6,244 bases of DNA from an archaeon (lineage in GTDB: Archaea > Iainarchaeota > Iainarchaeia > Iainarchaeales > CSSED10-239), in the NCBI GenBank assembly GCA_037147375.1, contig JBAWVI010000056.1, positions 1 to 6,244 of the forward strand, read 5' to 3'. Of this stretch, positions 1 to 5,647 are shown in pieces (within the stretch, counting starts at the first letter, position 1; every line of letters starts with the position of its first letter). The notes under the pieces were generated by a model. That model was not told the DNA's origin. It did no database searches and saw nothing but the letters and a program-made list of their open reading frames with translations. The translations under genes and the position numbers were made by a program.

Positions 1-53
1 TTGTATTTTGGAGATCCTTTTCCCCTTCTTTGTAATTTAAGTCTTCTTCCCAT
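1..53 (-). CDS. rpl2: 50S ribosomal protein uL2 (L2), first 17 codons only; the gene runs off the left edge
   Basis: The reverse complement of 1-53 reads ATG GGA AGA AGA CTT AAA TTA CAA AGA AGG GGA AAA GGA TCT CCA AAA TAC = MGRRLKLQRRGKGSPKY. This matches the conserved archaeal uL2 N-terminus (MGKR...Q.RG.G). It lies 17 nt downstream of the uL23 stop, as expected for the L3-L4-L23-L2 order. Confidence 0.75.
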   Translation of the reverse strand, partial: MGRRLKLQRRGKGSPKY

Positions 54-70
54 ATTATATCAACTTTAAT

Positions 71-391
71 TTATATGATACCAAGCTTGTTTGCAACATC
101 TTGTGCACTACTTGTTTTTGCAAGAGTAACAAATGCTTTCTTTCTATTCTTTGTGTCAAATAATAAATTTACTTTTGAAACCTTAACATTATACATTTTT
201 TCTGCTGCATCTTTTATTTGAGCTTTTGTTGCTTTCTTTGCAACAACGAATGTTAGGCGGTTTTCTCTTGTAATTAAATCAACTGCTTTTTCAGTAATGA
301 TTGGATACTCTATTATTTCATAATATTCTACCTTCTTAACTGGTTTTGCAGTTTTGAATTTTGCAGTTTTAATTTTTATGTTCTTTCCCAT
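71..391 (-). CDS. rpl23: 50S ribosomal protein uL23 (L23) with a Lys-rich N-terminal extension of about 20 aa
   Basis: 106-aa ORF. The core IIEYPIITEKAVDLITRENRLTFVVAKKATKAQIKDAAEKMYNVKVSKVNLL...KKAFVTLA...A.KLG is the classic archaeal uL23 signature. A GGTGA Shine-Dalgarno site lies 7 nt upstream of the ATG and overlaps the uL4 stop. The position between uL4 and uL2 fits. Confidence 0.93.
   Translation of the reverse strand: MGKNIKIKTAKFKTAKPVKKVEYYEIIEYPIITEKAVDLITRENRLTFVVAKKATKAQIKDAAEKMYNVKVSKVNLLFDTKNRKKAFVTLAKTSSAQDVANKLGII
344..370 (-). repeat. Perfect 12-nt direct repeat with 15-nt period inside the rpl23 5' extension
   Basis: Plus-strand ttttgcagtttt occurs at 344-355 and again at 359-370, separated by gaa. 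It encodes K-T-A-K-F / K-T-A-K-P. Confidence 0.9.
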
Positions 392-398
392 ATGGTTT

Positions 399-403
399 TC
401 ACC
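399..403 (-). promoter_or_regulatory. Shine-Dalgarno site (GGTGA) for rpl23, overlapping the TAG stop of rpl4
   Basis: The minus strand reads TAGGTGAAAACCATATG. GGTGA is complementary to the archaeal 16S 3' end, with a 7-nt spacer to the ATG at 391. Confidence 0.7.
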
Positions 404-1212
404 TAACTAAATCTCTCTTGAAGTTTCTTGATTGCATCTTCTGAGAAGATTGCAAGTCTTCCAGCGTGTGTTCCTGGTGCTAATTCCTTAACAGAAACAA
501 ACTTTGCATTAGTTACATCAACACCTTCAAGATTTGTAAATGCTTTATAGTTCTTAGAATCTCCAAGTATGAATAAGATACTCTTTCTTTTCTTGTATCT
601 TCTTCCTCTCATCTTTCCTTTACCAGCTCTCTCTGTTTTAGAGTCTTTTGCTTTTTCAATGTTTTCTGATAAGCCTATTTTTTCAAGGAATGAATAAACA
701 TCTTTTGTTTTTTCTAAGTTTTCTATGTTTTGTTCAATAATTATTGGTAATTTAATTCCTTCAGGAATCATACTTCCTCTTGTTATAACTAGTGCTGGAT
801 TAGCTGTTGCACCAATAGCTGAGAGAATAGCTTTTGTTCTTTCCTTAGAATTTATTTTCTTAATTAGTATTTTTGCAATCTTTGGTGGGTGTGCTGAAGG
901 ACCTCCTACAGCATGTGAAACACCAGCAACACGACCAGCCATTAAAACTCTTCTATTCTTAAGTCTTGGAAGTCTAGCATGTCCTGTGTTAATGCTTTTG
1001 TTCATTGGAGAACCATATTTTCTTGAACCATTATAATATGCTGTATTAAGTCTGTTTGAGTATGGAGAAACACCTTTTGGTTGGTAGTCTCTACTTTGAC
1101 TTGAAATTACAGCTTTCTTAATAAGGTCTGGTCTATAAGATTCTTCAAAGAAGCTTGGGATTTCAATTTCCTTTACAACTTTCCCTTCAAGATTATAAAC
1201 ATTTGTTTTCAT
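403..1212 (-). CDS. rpl4: 50S ribosomal protein uL4 (archaeal L4/L1e type)
   Basis: 269-aa ORF. Motifs EESYRPDLIKKAV, GGPSAHPPK, NSKERTKAILSAIGATANP, RAGKGKMRGRRYKKRKSIL and LAPGTHAGRLAIFSEDAIKKL are typical of archaeal uL4. The length is archaeal (about 250-270 aa), not bacterial (about 200 aa). AGGA lies 6 nt upstream of the ATG. Confidence 0.95.
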   Translation of the reverse strand: MKTNVYNLEGKVVKEIEIPSFFEESYRPDLIKKAVISSQSRDYQPKGVSPYSNRLNTAYYNGSRKYGSPMNKSINTGHARLPRLKNRRVLMAGRVAGVSHAVGGPSAHPPKIAKILIKKINSKERTKAILSAIGATANPALVITRGSMIPEGIKLPIIIEQNIENLEKTKDVYSFLEKIGLSENIEKAKDSKTERAGKGKMRGRRYKKRKSILFILGDSKNYKAFTNLEGVDVTNAKFVSVKELAPGTHAGRLAIFSEDAIKKLQERFS

Positions 1213-1218
1213 GTTAAT

Positions 1219-1222
1219 TCCT
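1219..1222 (-). promoter_or_regulatory. Weak Shine-Dalgarno site (AGGA) for rpl4
   Basis: The minus strand reads GTAGGAATTAACATG, within the 26-nt uL3-uL4 spacer. Confidence 0.5.
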
Positions 1223-1238
1223 ACTTATTAAATTTAAA

Positions 1239-2225
1239 TTATTTTGCGATGTAACTTACATCCACAACTTCTATCATTTTCCTTGTTGGTCTTATTGCGT
1301 TTCTTAAAGCCATTATTCTTTTAGCTGGGCCTGGAACAGTCCCTGCAATAAGCACATAATTGTTTTTTACAACACCATAATTTTCAAATCCACCTTTTCT
1401 ATTAACTTTGGTTGGATCTGTTTCTATAGAAATTAGTTTCTTATTGAATGTTGTTCTGTTATGGAATCCATGTTGACCAGCTCTTGCTACAGTAAACATT
1501 ACGGTTGCAGGATGCCATGGACCAATTGAACCAACATGTCTTTGGTGTTGTTGTGTTTTTGGTCTTTGTATTTTAATACCAAATCTTTTTACAGGTCCAG
1601 TATAACCGTGACCCTTTGTAACAGATTTAACATCTAGATAAGTATCTGGTTTTGTCATTTCACTAATTAATATTGATTTATTATATTTTTCTTTTAAATA
1701 GTTAATTTTTTCATCAAATGTTCCTGATAAAATAATTTCAAGAATTGCTGGCTTCTTTTGACCAGTTGTTGTGGATTTTAAATCAAGAGCGCATAATAGA
1801 ACTAAGTCATCTGCTTGAGATTTCTTTTTTAATAAGTCTTCAACAGGATTTGTTTTTTCTTTTGATTTATTACCTGTGATTCTCTTAGAAAGAAGATGAT
1901 CGCGAACTAAAAACTCGTAAACTGATTTTTTTCCAGAAATAGAAGAATTTTCTTTATATAATCTTGCTCCAACAACCTTGAGGCTCGGAGTTTCAATAAT
2001 AGAAACAGGGATTGCAACTTCTTGCCCATAGCTTGAGGAATTCTTATGTGCGTCCTTTGCTATGATGTGGGTCATTCCAACCTTCACTCCATAATAACAA
2101 AGAGGCTTACATTCCTTTTGAGCTGAGAAATCTCCAAAGGTATTAAACTTTGGGACAATATCCTTTGCTTTAACTCTTGGATAAAACGCCATTGAACCAT
2201 TTCTTGGTTTTGTTCCGCTTGCCAT
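1239..2225 (-). CDS. rpl3: 50S ribosomal protein uL3 (archaeal/eukaryotic type), first gene of the operon
   Basis: 328-aa ORF. The N-terminus ...KPRNGSMAFYPRVKAK, plus KGHGYTGPVKRFG, RHVGSIGPWHPATVM, GQHGFHNRT and GPAKRIMALR, match archaeal uL3. The length is archaeal (about 330 aa; bacterial is about 210 aa). It is followed by uL4, uL23 and uL2. Confidence 0.95.
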   Translation of the reverse strand: MASGTKPRNGSMAFYPRVKAKDIVPKFNTFGDFSAQKECKPLCYYGVKVGMTHIIAKDAHKNSSSYGQEVAIPVSIIETPSLKVVGARLYKENSSISGKKSVYEFLVRDHLLSKRITGNKSKEKTNPVEDLLKKKSQADDLVLLCALDLKSTTTGQKKPAILEIILSGTFDEKINYLKEKYNKSILISEMTKPDTYLDVKSVTKGHGYTGPVKRFGIKIQRPKTQQHQRHVGSIGPWHPATVMFTVARAGQHGFHNRTTFNKKLISIETDPTKVNRKGGFENYGVVKNNYVLIAGTVPGPAKRIMALRNAIRPTRKMIEVVDVSYIAK

Positions 2226-2347
2226 AAATTACACACTTTTTTATTTTTAATTTTTGGGACTAATAGCATACTTGCTGTAGGCCTCAAAAAACAATCCTAT
2301 TTTTGTTTTTAAAAAAACATATAACACAATTGCTTTGTATTTATATG

Positions 2348-2374
2348 TTAACCAATTTTTTATAAAATGGTTAA
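2348..2374. repeat. Imperfect inverted repeat, TTAACCA(A)TTTT - TTAT - AAAATGGTTAA
   Basis: Read directly: left arm 2348-2359, 4-nt loop 2360-2363, right arm 2364-2374. This gives 11 bp with one bulged A. It is nested inside an 8-bp inverted repeat, GCTTTGTA 2332-2339 / TACAAAGC 2401-2408. Confidence 0.6.
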
Positions 2375-2447
2375 TAATGTACTACTGTTAACATGCAGTG
2401 TACAAAGCTTAAATATTTTCAAATTATATAATAATTGTTAGGAAATA

Positions 2448-2458
2448 TTTATAAAGGG
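2448..2458 (-). promoter_or_regulatory. Candidate archaeal BRE/TATA element (minus strand AAACCCTTTATAAATA)
   Basis: TTTATAAA at 2448-2455 is preceded on the minus strand by CCC and an A-rich stretch. It sits just downstream of the oligo-T tracts that follow the large gene and 220-230 nt upstream of the rpl3 ATG. The 10-nt core CCTTTATAAA recurs upstream of the Gly/Tyr gene at 6095-6104. The core is palindromic, so orientation is not certain. Confidence 0.4.
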
Positions 2459-2486
2459 TTTGGTTTTTTTCTCATAATCTGGGAAG

Positions 2487-2538
2487 AAAAACGTACCAAA
2501 AATATGAATTAGATAAATCCAAGCTCCAATTATAAAAA
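2487..2538 (-). terminator. Cluster of three oligo-T (T5) tracts downstream of the large surface-protein gene
   Basis: Minus-strand T5 runs at 2534-2538, 2498-2502 and 2487-2491, all within about 75 nt of the TAA stop at 2560-2562. Archaeal RNA polymerase terminates at oligo-T tracts. Confidence 0.45.
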
Positions 2539-2559
2539 TAAGTTATCTGCTTCCTTATT

Positions 2560-5500
2560 TTATATATTTTGACGTGAATTGAGCCCAGCTCTTACTCCCT
2601 TTTCAAATTGTCTTCTTCTGTGTCTTCTTATATAATACCCAATTATTAATAAAACTATGATTATTAGAACAATTAAACCTACTGTTCCTGAAACTGTACT
2701 AAAGGTAAAAAATGCTGTTAATCCTTTCCTTTTATTGTCAGCTGCAAAGTAAGTTACAGAATCACTTTCAATTAATTTACCTGATTGCCTATCAATTACA
2801 TTAAAAGCAACTGAATCAGTGTCTTTTAGCTTAGTCTTTGTAACTATCCTATATTCAATTGTTTTATTGCTATCAGCATCTATTGTAAATAACTTTTCTC
2901 CATCAATCACTGTGTTTTCATCTACCTTGAATAAGATTTCAAGGTCCTTTGAAAAAGAACTATTGTTCTTTAATGTTATTTTTAGATTATATGCGTTCTC
3001 AAAATCATTTATAATAATTAAACTTTTACTTGTAACTTCTATATCTGAAAGAATAGGAGTTAAGTCAATTGTAACTTGAGTTTTTGAAACAAGTACATTT
3101 GATTCATATAATTCAAAATAAGCATTATACTTAGTTTTTATTTCGTTTTCTGGAATAACTATCCCAAAGTAAATAGTTTTTGTTTGATTGCTTCCAATAG
3201 TAAATCTATCTTTACTTCTAGTTTGAGAATCAACTAAGTCTATGTTCATTATGCTATCATTTTCATAGATCTTCCAAGTATCTGGAAGTCCAGCAAGCTT
3301 TAGAGTTACGTTCTTTTCTGTATTGTAGGTGTTAAGTATAGATACATTAGTTAAAGATCTGTTATTTATAGGTGTAATCACAGAAGGTGATGATGTAATC
3401 ATTATTTTCTTATCAGATGACGTAGATGAGGTTAATTTAGTAGTGTATATCTTCTCTTGGCATCCATTTAGTTTAATGTTATAAATCACGTATGTTGGAT
3501 TATTAAAATTACTTAAGGTTAAGGCTCTTGTAAAATCATCATATCCATCAAGATAGATTACTGATGGATCAACAACAGCACCATAAGCAGACATGCTTAT
3601 TGTTCCACCCTTTAGAGATTGGTTATTAAAAGTTAAATATAAGGATTCTCTTGCATTTGCTATGTTTTGAGTTGCTGGATAATCTATTTCAAAATCACAA
3701 GCTCCTGCTTGGAAATTAATATTATCTTTAGTTGTAATTGTTCCTAGTGTTGTTTTTGTATACTCACAAGTATCTCCATTTACAAACTTACCTTTAACTT
3801 GAAGATTTGCAGAACCATCTCCTGTTACTCCAACTCTTATATCTTTAATTGAATTTGGTTTAATTATTGTTGCTTTATCAATAACATTTACGTTAAGTCC
3901 ATTCTTGTTTAAAACAATTACATCATTCATTCCAAATTCTTTATTTGTATTGTTTTGGATTGTTATGCTGTTTTCTCCTTGAACTACTTTTTTATCTTGA
4001 ACTATGATGTTTGAACAAGTGTCTGTTGAATCAAGAACGTTTATTGTAAAATAAGATTTTATATCTGAATAAGTACAACTAATTCCATTATCAAATCTTC
4101 CAAGAACTGAAACACTACCTCTTGAAGAGGTTGTTGCGTTTATTAAGAATGTTTTAAGATTAAAATTTAGAGATGTTTGTGAATTAGCATTGATTGCATA
4201 ATTCATTGTGTTCTTTACAATATCTGCAAATTGAGAGTTATCAGAAATACTAACTTCATTAATATTGAATTTATTATTTGATTTGTTTGAGATATAAAAT
4301 CCATTTGCATTTGTGTAATCTTTACTTGTATTTTCTTTTTGAGAAATGTTTGAGGTGTATATTTTAATATTTGAACATTCGCTAGATGTGTTATTATTAG
4401 AATTATCATTTATTCTTACAGGGAGATTAACTGTTTTCTTACAGTGCTTATCTTCATGTCCTGATCTTTCCATATATCCATTAATTGTAAGAGCTACATC
4501 TTCAGTAAGATAATTATCAACTTCTTCGGTTTCTAGTCTTACTTTTATTTTACCTGTACTATCTCTATGAACTGATGAAGGTTCATATGTAACGTCTGCG
4601 CTTATGTGATCAGTATCTTTAATGCTTGTGCTTTCAATAACATAATCATAATCATTAGAATTGTTTTCGATTTCAATTTCTTTTGTTTGTGTATCATTTT
4701 CATTCATAGTTATACTTGTATTATTAAATGAAATATCAGAACAATCAGCATTACTTGTGTTATCTTGATCTTCTATATGATAATAAACTGTATATTGCTT
4801 TGTGCAAGTAAGAGTATCATATCTTGCAGCAACAGTTACATCAAATGAACCTGTAAAATCAGAATCAACAGTGCTTGCAGTCATGTCTATGTTTGCAGAT
4901 CTAGTTCCATAACTTCCTATTGTGTATGGATAATCAATATTATCTATATCTAAATTCTCTGGGTTTGTTGTAGTTACTGAAGTTACAGTTAATTCTTCAT
5001 TAACTGTATTAATCATATATAAATAATAATTAGTAGAATCATCTTCTTGTAAATAAATATCTCCTTGACCAGATAAATAGAAATCATCACAAGTTATAGT
5101 TGTTGGGTTTGTGTTTCCGTTTCCATTATTATTCCCGTTTCCTGGAGTTGTTCCTGAACTATAAACATATGCAACATCATTTGCAAGCGGATTACCAGAA
5201 AGGTCTACAACATTTAATTCTATCTTATATCCTAAATAATCTGCATCAAAATAAAATAAGTTATTATAAACATAGTTGTATGGGTTTGCAGAATAAAGAT
5301 ATACTGGGCTTGTTGGAACTGACATAACTTGAGTCATATAACCAGCTGGACTTATTCCATAGATTACTGGAGAAATATATACTTGTTGATTGCCAGAAAA
5401 ACCATATCCAGTTAATTGATAAGAAAAATCTACATTATCAAAATAGTTTGCATATTGTACATTTAAAAACGGAGTATATGAATCACTTCTTACATATGCA

Positions 5501-5592
5501 TAATCTACATCAACATAGTAAGCTTGTACACTCCCAATAATAAATATCATTGCTATAGCAATAAAACCAAATAGTATATTTTTCTTAATCAT
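2560..5592 (-). CDS. Large (1010 aa) secreted, C-terminally membrane-anchored multi-domain cell-surface protein; putative S-layer/adhesin-like glycoprotein of unassigned family
   Basis: Uninterrupted 3-kb ORF. It has a Sec-type signal peptide (MIKKNILFGFIAIAMIFIIGSVQA/YY) and an Asn/Ser/Thr-rich ectodomain with about 21 N-x-S/T sequons (hand count). It contains 10 Cys in five regularly spaced pairs. A hydrophobic C-terminal helix (VGLIVLIIIVLLIIGYYI) is followed by the tail RRHRRRQFEKG... A weak AGGA lies 7 nt upstream of the ATG. Confidence 0.88.
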   Translation of the reverse strand: MIKKNILFGFIAIAMIFIIGSVQAYYVDVDYAYVRSDSYTPFLNVQYANYFDNVDFSYQLTGYGFSGNQQVYISPVIYGISPAGYMTQVMSVPTSPVYLYSANPYNYVYNNLFYFDADYLGYKIELNVVDLSGNPLANDVAYVYSSGTTPGNGNNNGNGNTNPTTITCDDFYLSGQGDIYLQEDDSTNYYLYMINTVNEELTVTSVTTTNPENLDIDNIDYPYTIGSYGTRSANIDMTASTVDSDFTGSFDVTVAARYDTLTCTKQYTVYYHIEDQDNTSNADCSDISFNNTSITMNENDTQTKEIEIENNSNDYDYVIESTSIKDTDHISADVTYEPSSVHRDSTGKIKVRLETEEVDNYLTEDVALTINGYMERSGHEDKHCKKTVNLPVRINDNSNNNTSSECSNIKIYTSNISQKENTSKDYTNANGFYISNKSNNKFNINEVSISDNSQFADIVKNTMNYAINANSQTSLNFNLKTFLINATTSSRGSVSVLGRFDNGISCTYSDIKSYFTINVLDSTDTCSNIIVQDKKVVQGENSITIQNNTNKEFGMNDVIVLNKNGLNVNVIDKATIIKPNSIKDIRVGVTGDGSANLQVKGKFVNGDTCEYTKTTLGTITTKDNINFQAGACDFEIDYPATQNIANARESLYLTFNNQSLKGGTISMSAYGAVVDPSVIYLDGYDDFTRALTLSNFNNPTYVIYNIKLNGCQEKIYTTKLTSSTSSDKKIMITSSPSVITPINNRSLTNVSILNTYNTEKNVTLKLAGLPDTWKIYENDSIMNIDLVDSQTRSKDRFTIGSNQTKTIYFGIVIPENEIKTKYNAYFELYESNVLVSKTQVTIDLTPILSDIEVTSKSLIIINDFENAYNLKITLKNNSSFSKDLEILFKVDENTVIDGEKLFTIDADSNKTIEYRIVTKTKLKDTDSVAFNVIDRQSGKLIESDSVTYFAADNKRKGLTAFFTFSTVSGTVGLIVLIIIVLLIIGYYIRRHRRRQFEKGVRAGLNSRQNI
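2629..2697 (-). other. C-terminal transmembrane anchor (residues about 966-988), followed by a 22-aa polybasic cytoplasmic tail (2563-2628)
   Basis: TVSGTVGLIVLIIIVLLIIGYYI is followed by RRHRRRQFEKGVRAGLNSRQNI. The positive-inside rule places the tail in the cytoplasm and the rest of the protein outside. Confidence 0.8.
2743..3420 (-). other. Two Cys-free membrane-proximal beta-rich domains (residues about 725-845 and 846-950), CARDB/NEW3-like
   Basis: The pattern NVSILNTYNTEKNVTLKLAGLPDTWKI ... FTIGSNQTKTIYFGIVIP resembles the n.G...v.l...lP.gW... signature of CARDB/NEW3-type archaeal surface domains. The second unit (YNLKITLKNNSSFSKDLEILFKV...FTIDADSNKTIEYRIV) has the same alternating-strand layout. 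This rests on pattern memory, not a search. Confidence 0.45.
3460..5091 (-). repeat. Five tandem, divergent protein modules, each bracketed by one Cys pair
   Basis: The only Cys residues are at 168/263, 284/384, 406/506, 526/609 and 632/711. Intra-pair spacings are 95, 100, 100, 83 and 79 residues, and inter-pair linkers are 20-23 residues. DNA spans are 4804-5091, 4441-4743, 4075-4377, 3766-4017 and 3460-3699. I checked the Cys168 codon: aca at 5089-5091 is TGT on the minus strand. Confidence 0.8.
5098..5148 (-). repeat. Gly/Asn low-complexity hinge (TPGNGNNNGNGNTNPTT) encoded by reiterated GGAAAC units
   Basis: The minus strand reads CCA GGA AAC GGG AAT AAT AAT GGA AAC GGA AAC ACA AAC CCA ACA. 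It separates the Tyr-rich head from the first Cys-bracketed module. Confidence 0.7.
5149..5520 (-). other. Tyr-rich N-terminal (membrane-distal) head domain, residues 25-148
   Basis: Hand count gives 22 Tyr in 124 residues. Example segments are YYVDVDYAYV, NPYNYVYNNLFYFDADYLGY and VAYVYSS. There is no Cys. Confidence 0.6.
5521..5592 (-). other. Signal peptide of the large surface protein (residues 1-24)
   Basis: KK n-region, hydrophobic core FGFIAIAMIFII, and a small-x-small motif (V-Q-A) before YY. Confidence 0.75.
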
Positions 5593-5616
5593 ATTAAATT
5601 CCTTTTTTTAAAATAT

Positions 5617-5647
5617 AAAAAATTAGATAAGATAAATTTATCTTATC
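5617..5647 (-). terminator. Perfect 22-bp palindrome (GATAAGATAAATTTATCTTATC, 5626-5647) followed on the minus strand by TAA and a T6 tract (5617-5622); terminator/attenuator-like or an operator
   Basis: Read directly; the reverse complement is identical. It straddles the TAA stop (5638-5640) of the Gly/Tyr gene. The T6 tract overlaps a TATA-like TTTTATAT (5613-5620) centred about 25 nt upstream of the large-gene ATG, so its role is ambiguous. Confidence 0.4.

Noticed and set aside
725-1036. 103-aa plus-strand ORF
   Set aside because: It lies entirely antisense to the confidently identified rpl4. It has a hydrophobic, low-information sequence typical of a shadow ORF and no start signals.
1-2225. 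Interpretation as a bacterial S10 operon segment
   Set aside because: The uL3 (328 aa) and uL4 (269 aa) lengths and motifs are of the archaeal/eukaryotic type. No S10 gene precedes uL3, and the uL2 N-terminus is MGRRL..QRRGKG, the archaeal form.
2084-2287. 67-aa minus-strand ORF overlapping the rpl3 5' end
   Set aside because: It is out of frame with, and mostly inside, the conserved rpl3 N-terminus. It has no SD and no recognisable sequence features. It is most likely an AT-rich chance ORF.
2305-2318. Palindrome GTTTTT-A-AAAAAC
   Set aside because: It is a homopolymer-based, AT-only symmetry. It is better explained as adjacent T and A tracts (possible termination signals) than as a specific structured element.
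2507-2516. 10-nt AATTAGATAA recurring downstream of both cassette gene stops (also at 5621-5630)
   Set aside because: By a rough composition-aware estimate, one such 10-mer recurrence in 6 kb of DNA this AT-rich is close to chance expectation. I note it only as a possible shared 3' element.
2226-2559. tRNA or C/D-box sRNA in the long intergenic region
   Set aside because: There is no GTTCRA T-loop or GC-rich acceptor-type stems. There is no RUGAUGA/CUGA box pair on either strand (no tgatga, tcatca, ctga or tcag in the relevant stretch).
2563-2700. Possible PGF-CTERM/archaeosortase sorting signal at the C-terminus of the large protein
   Set aside because: There is no PGF (or VPXXXP, or similar) motif before the helix, and the basic tail of 22 aa is much longer than in those signals. 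I treat it as a plain TM anchor.
2819-3079. 86-aa plus-strand ORF; likewise 4215-4409 (minus, other frame) and 5100-5327 (plus)
   Set aside because: All are embedded in the 3-kb surface-protein ORF, on the antisense strand or in an alternative frame. The long ORF has coherent signal peptide, domain and TM logic, and these do not.
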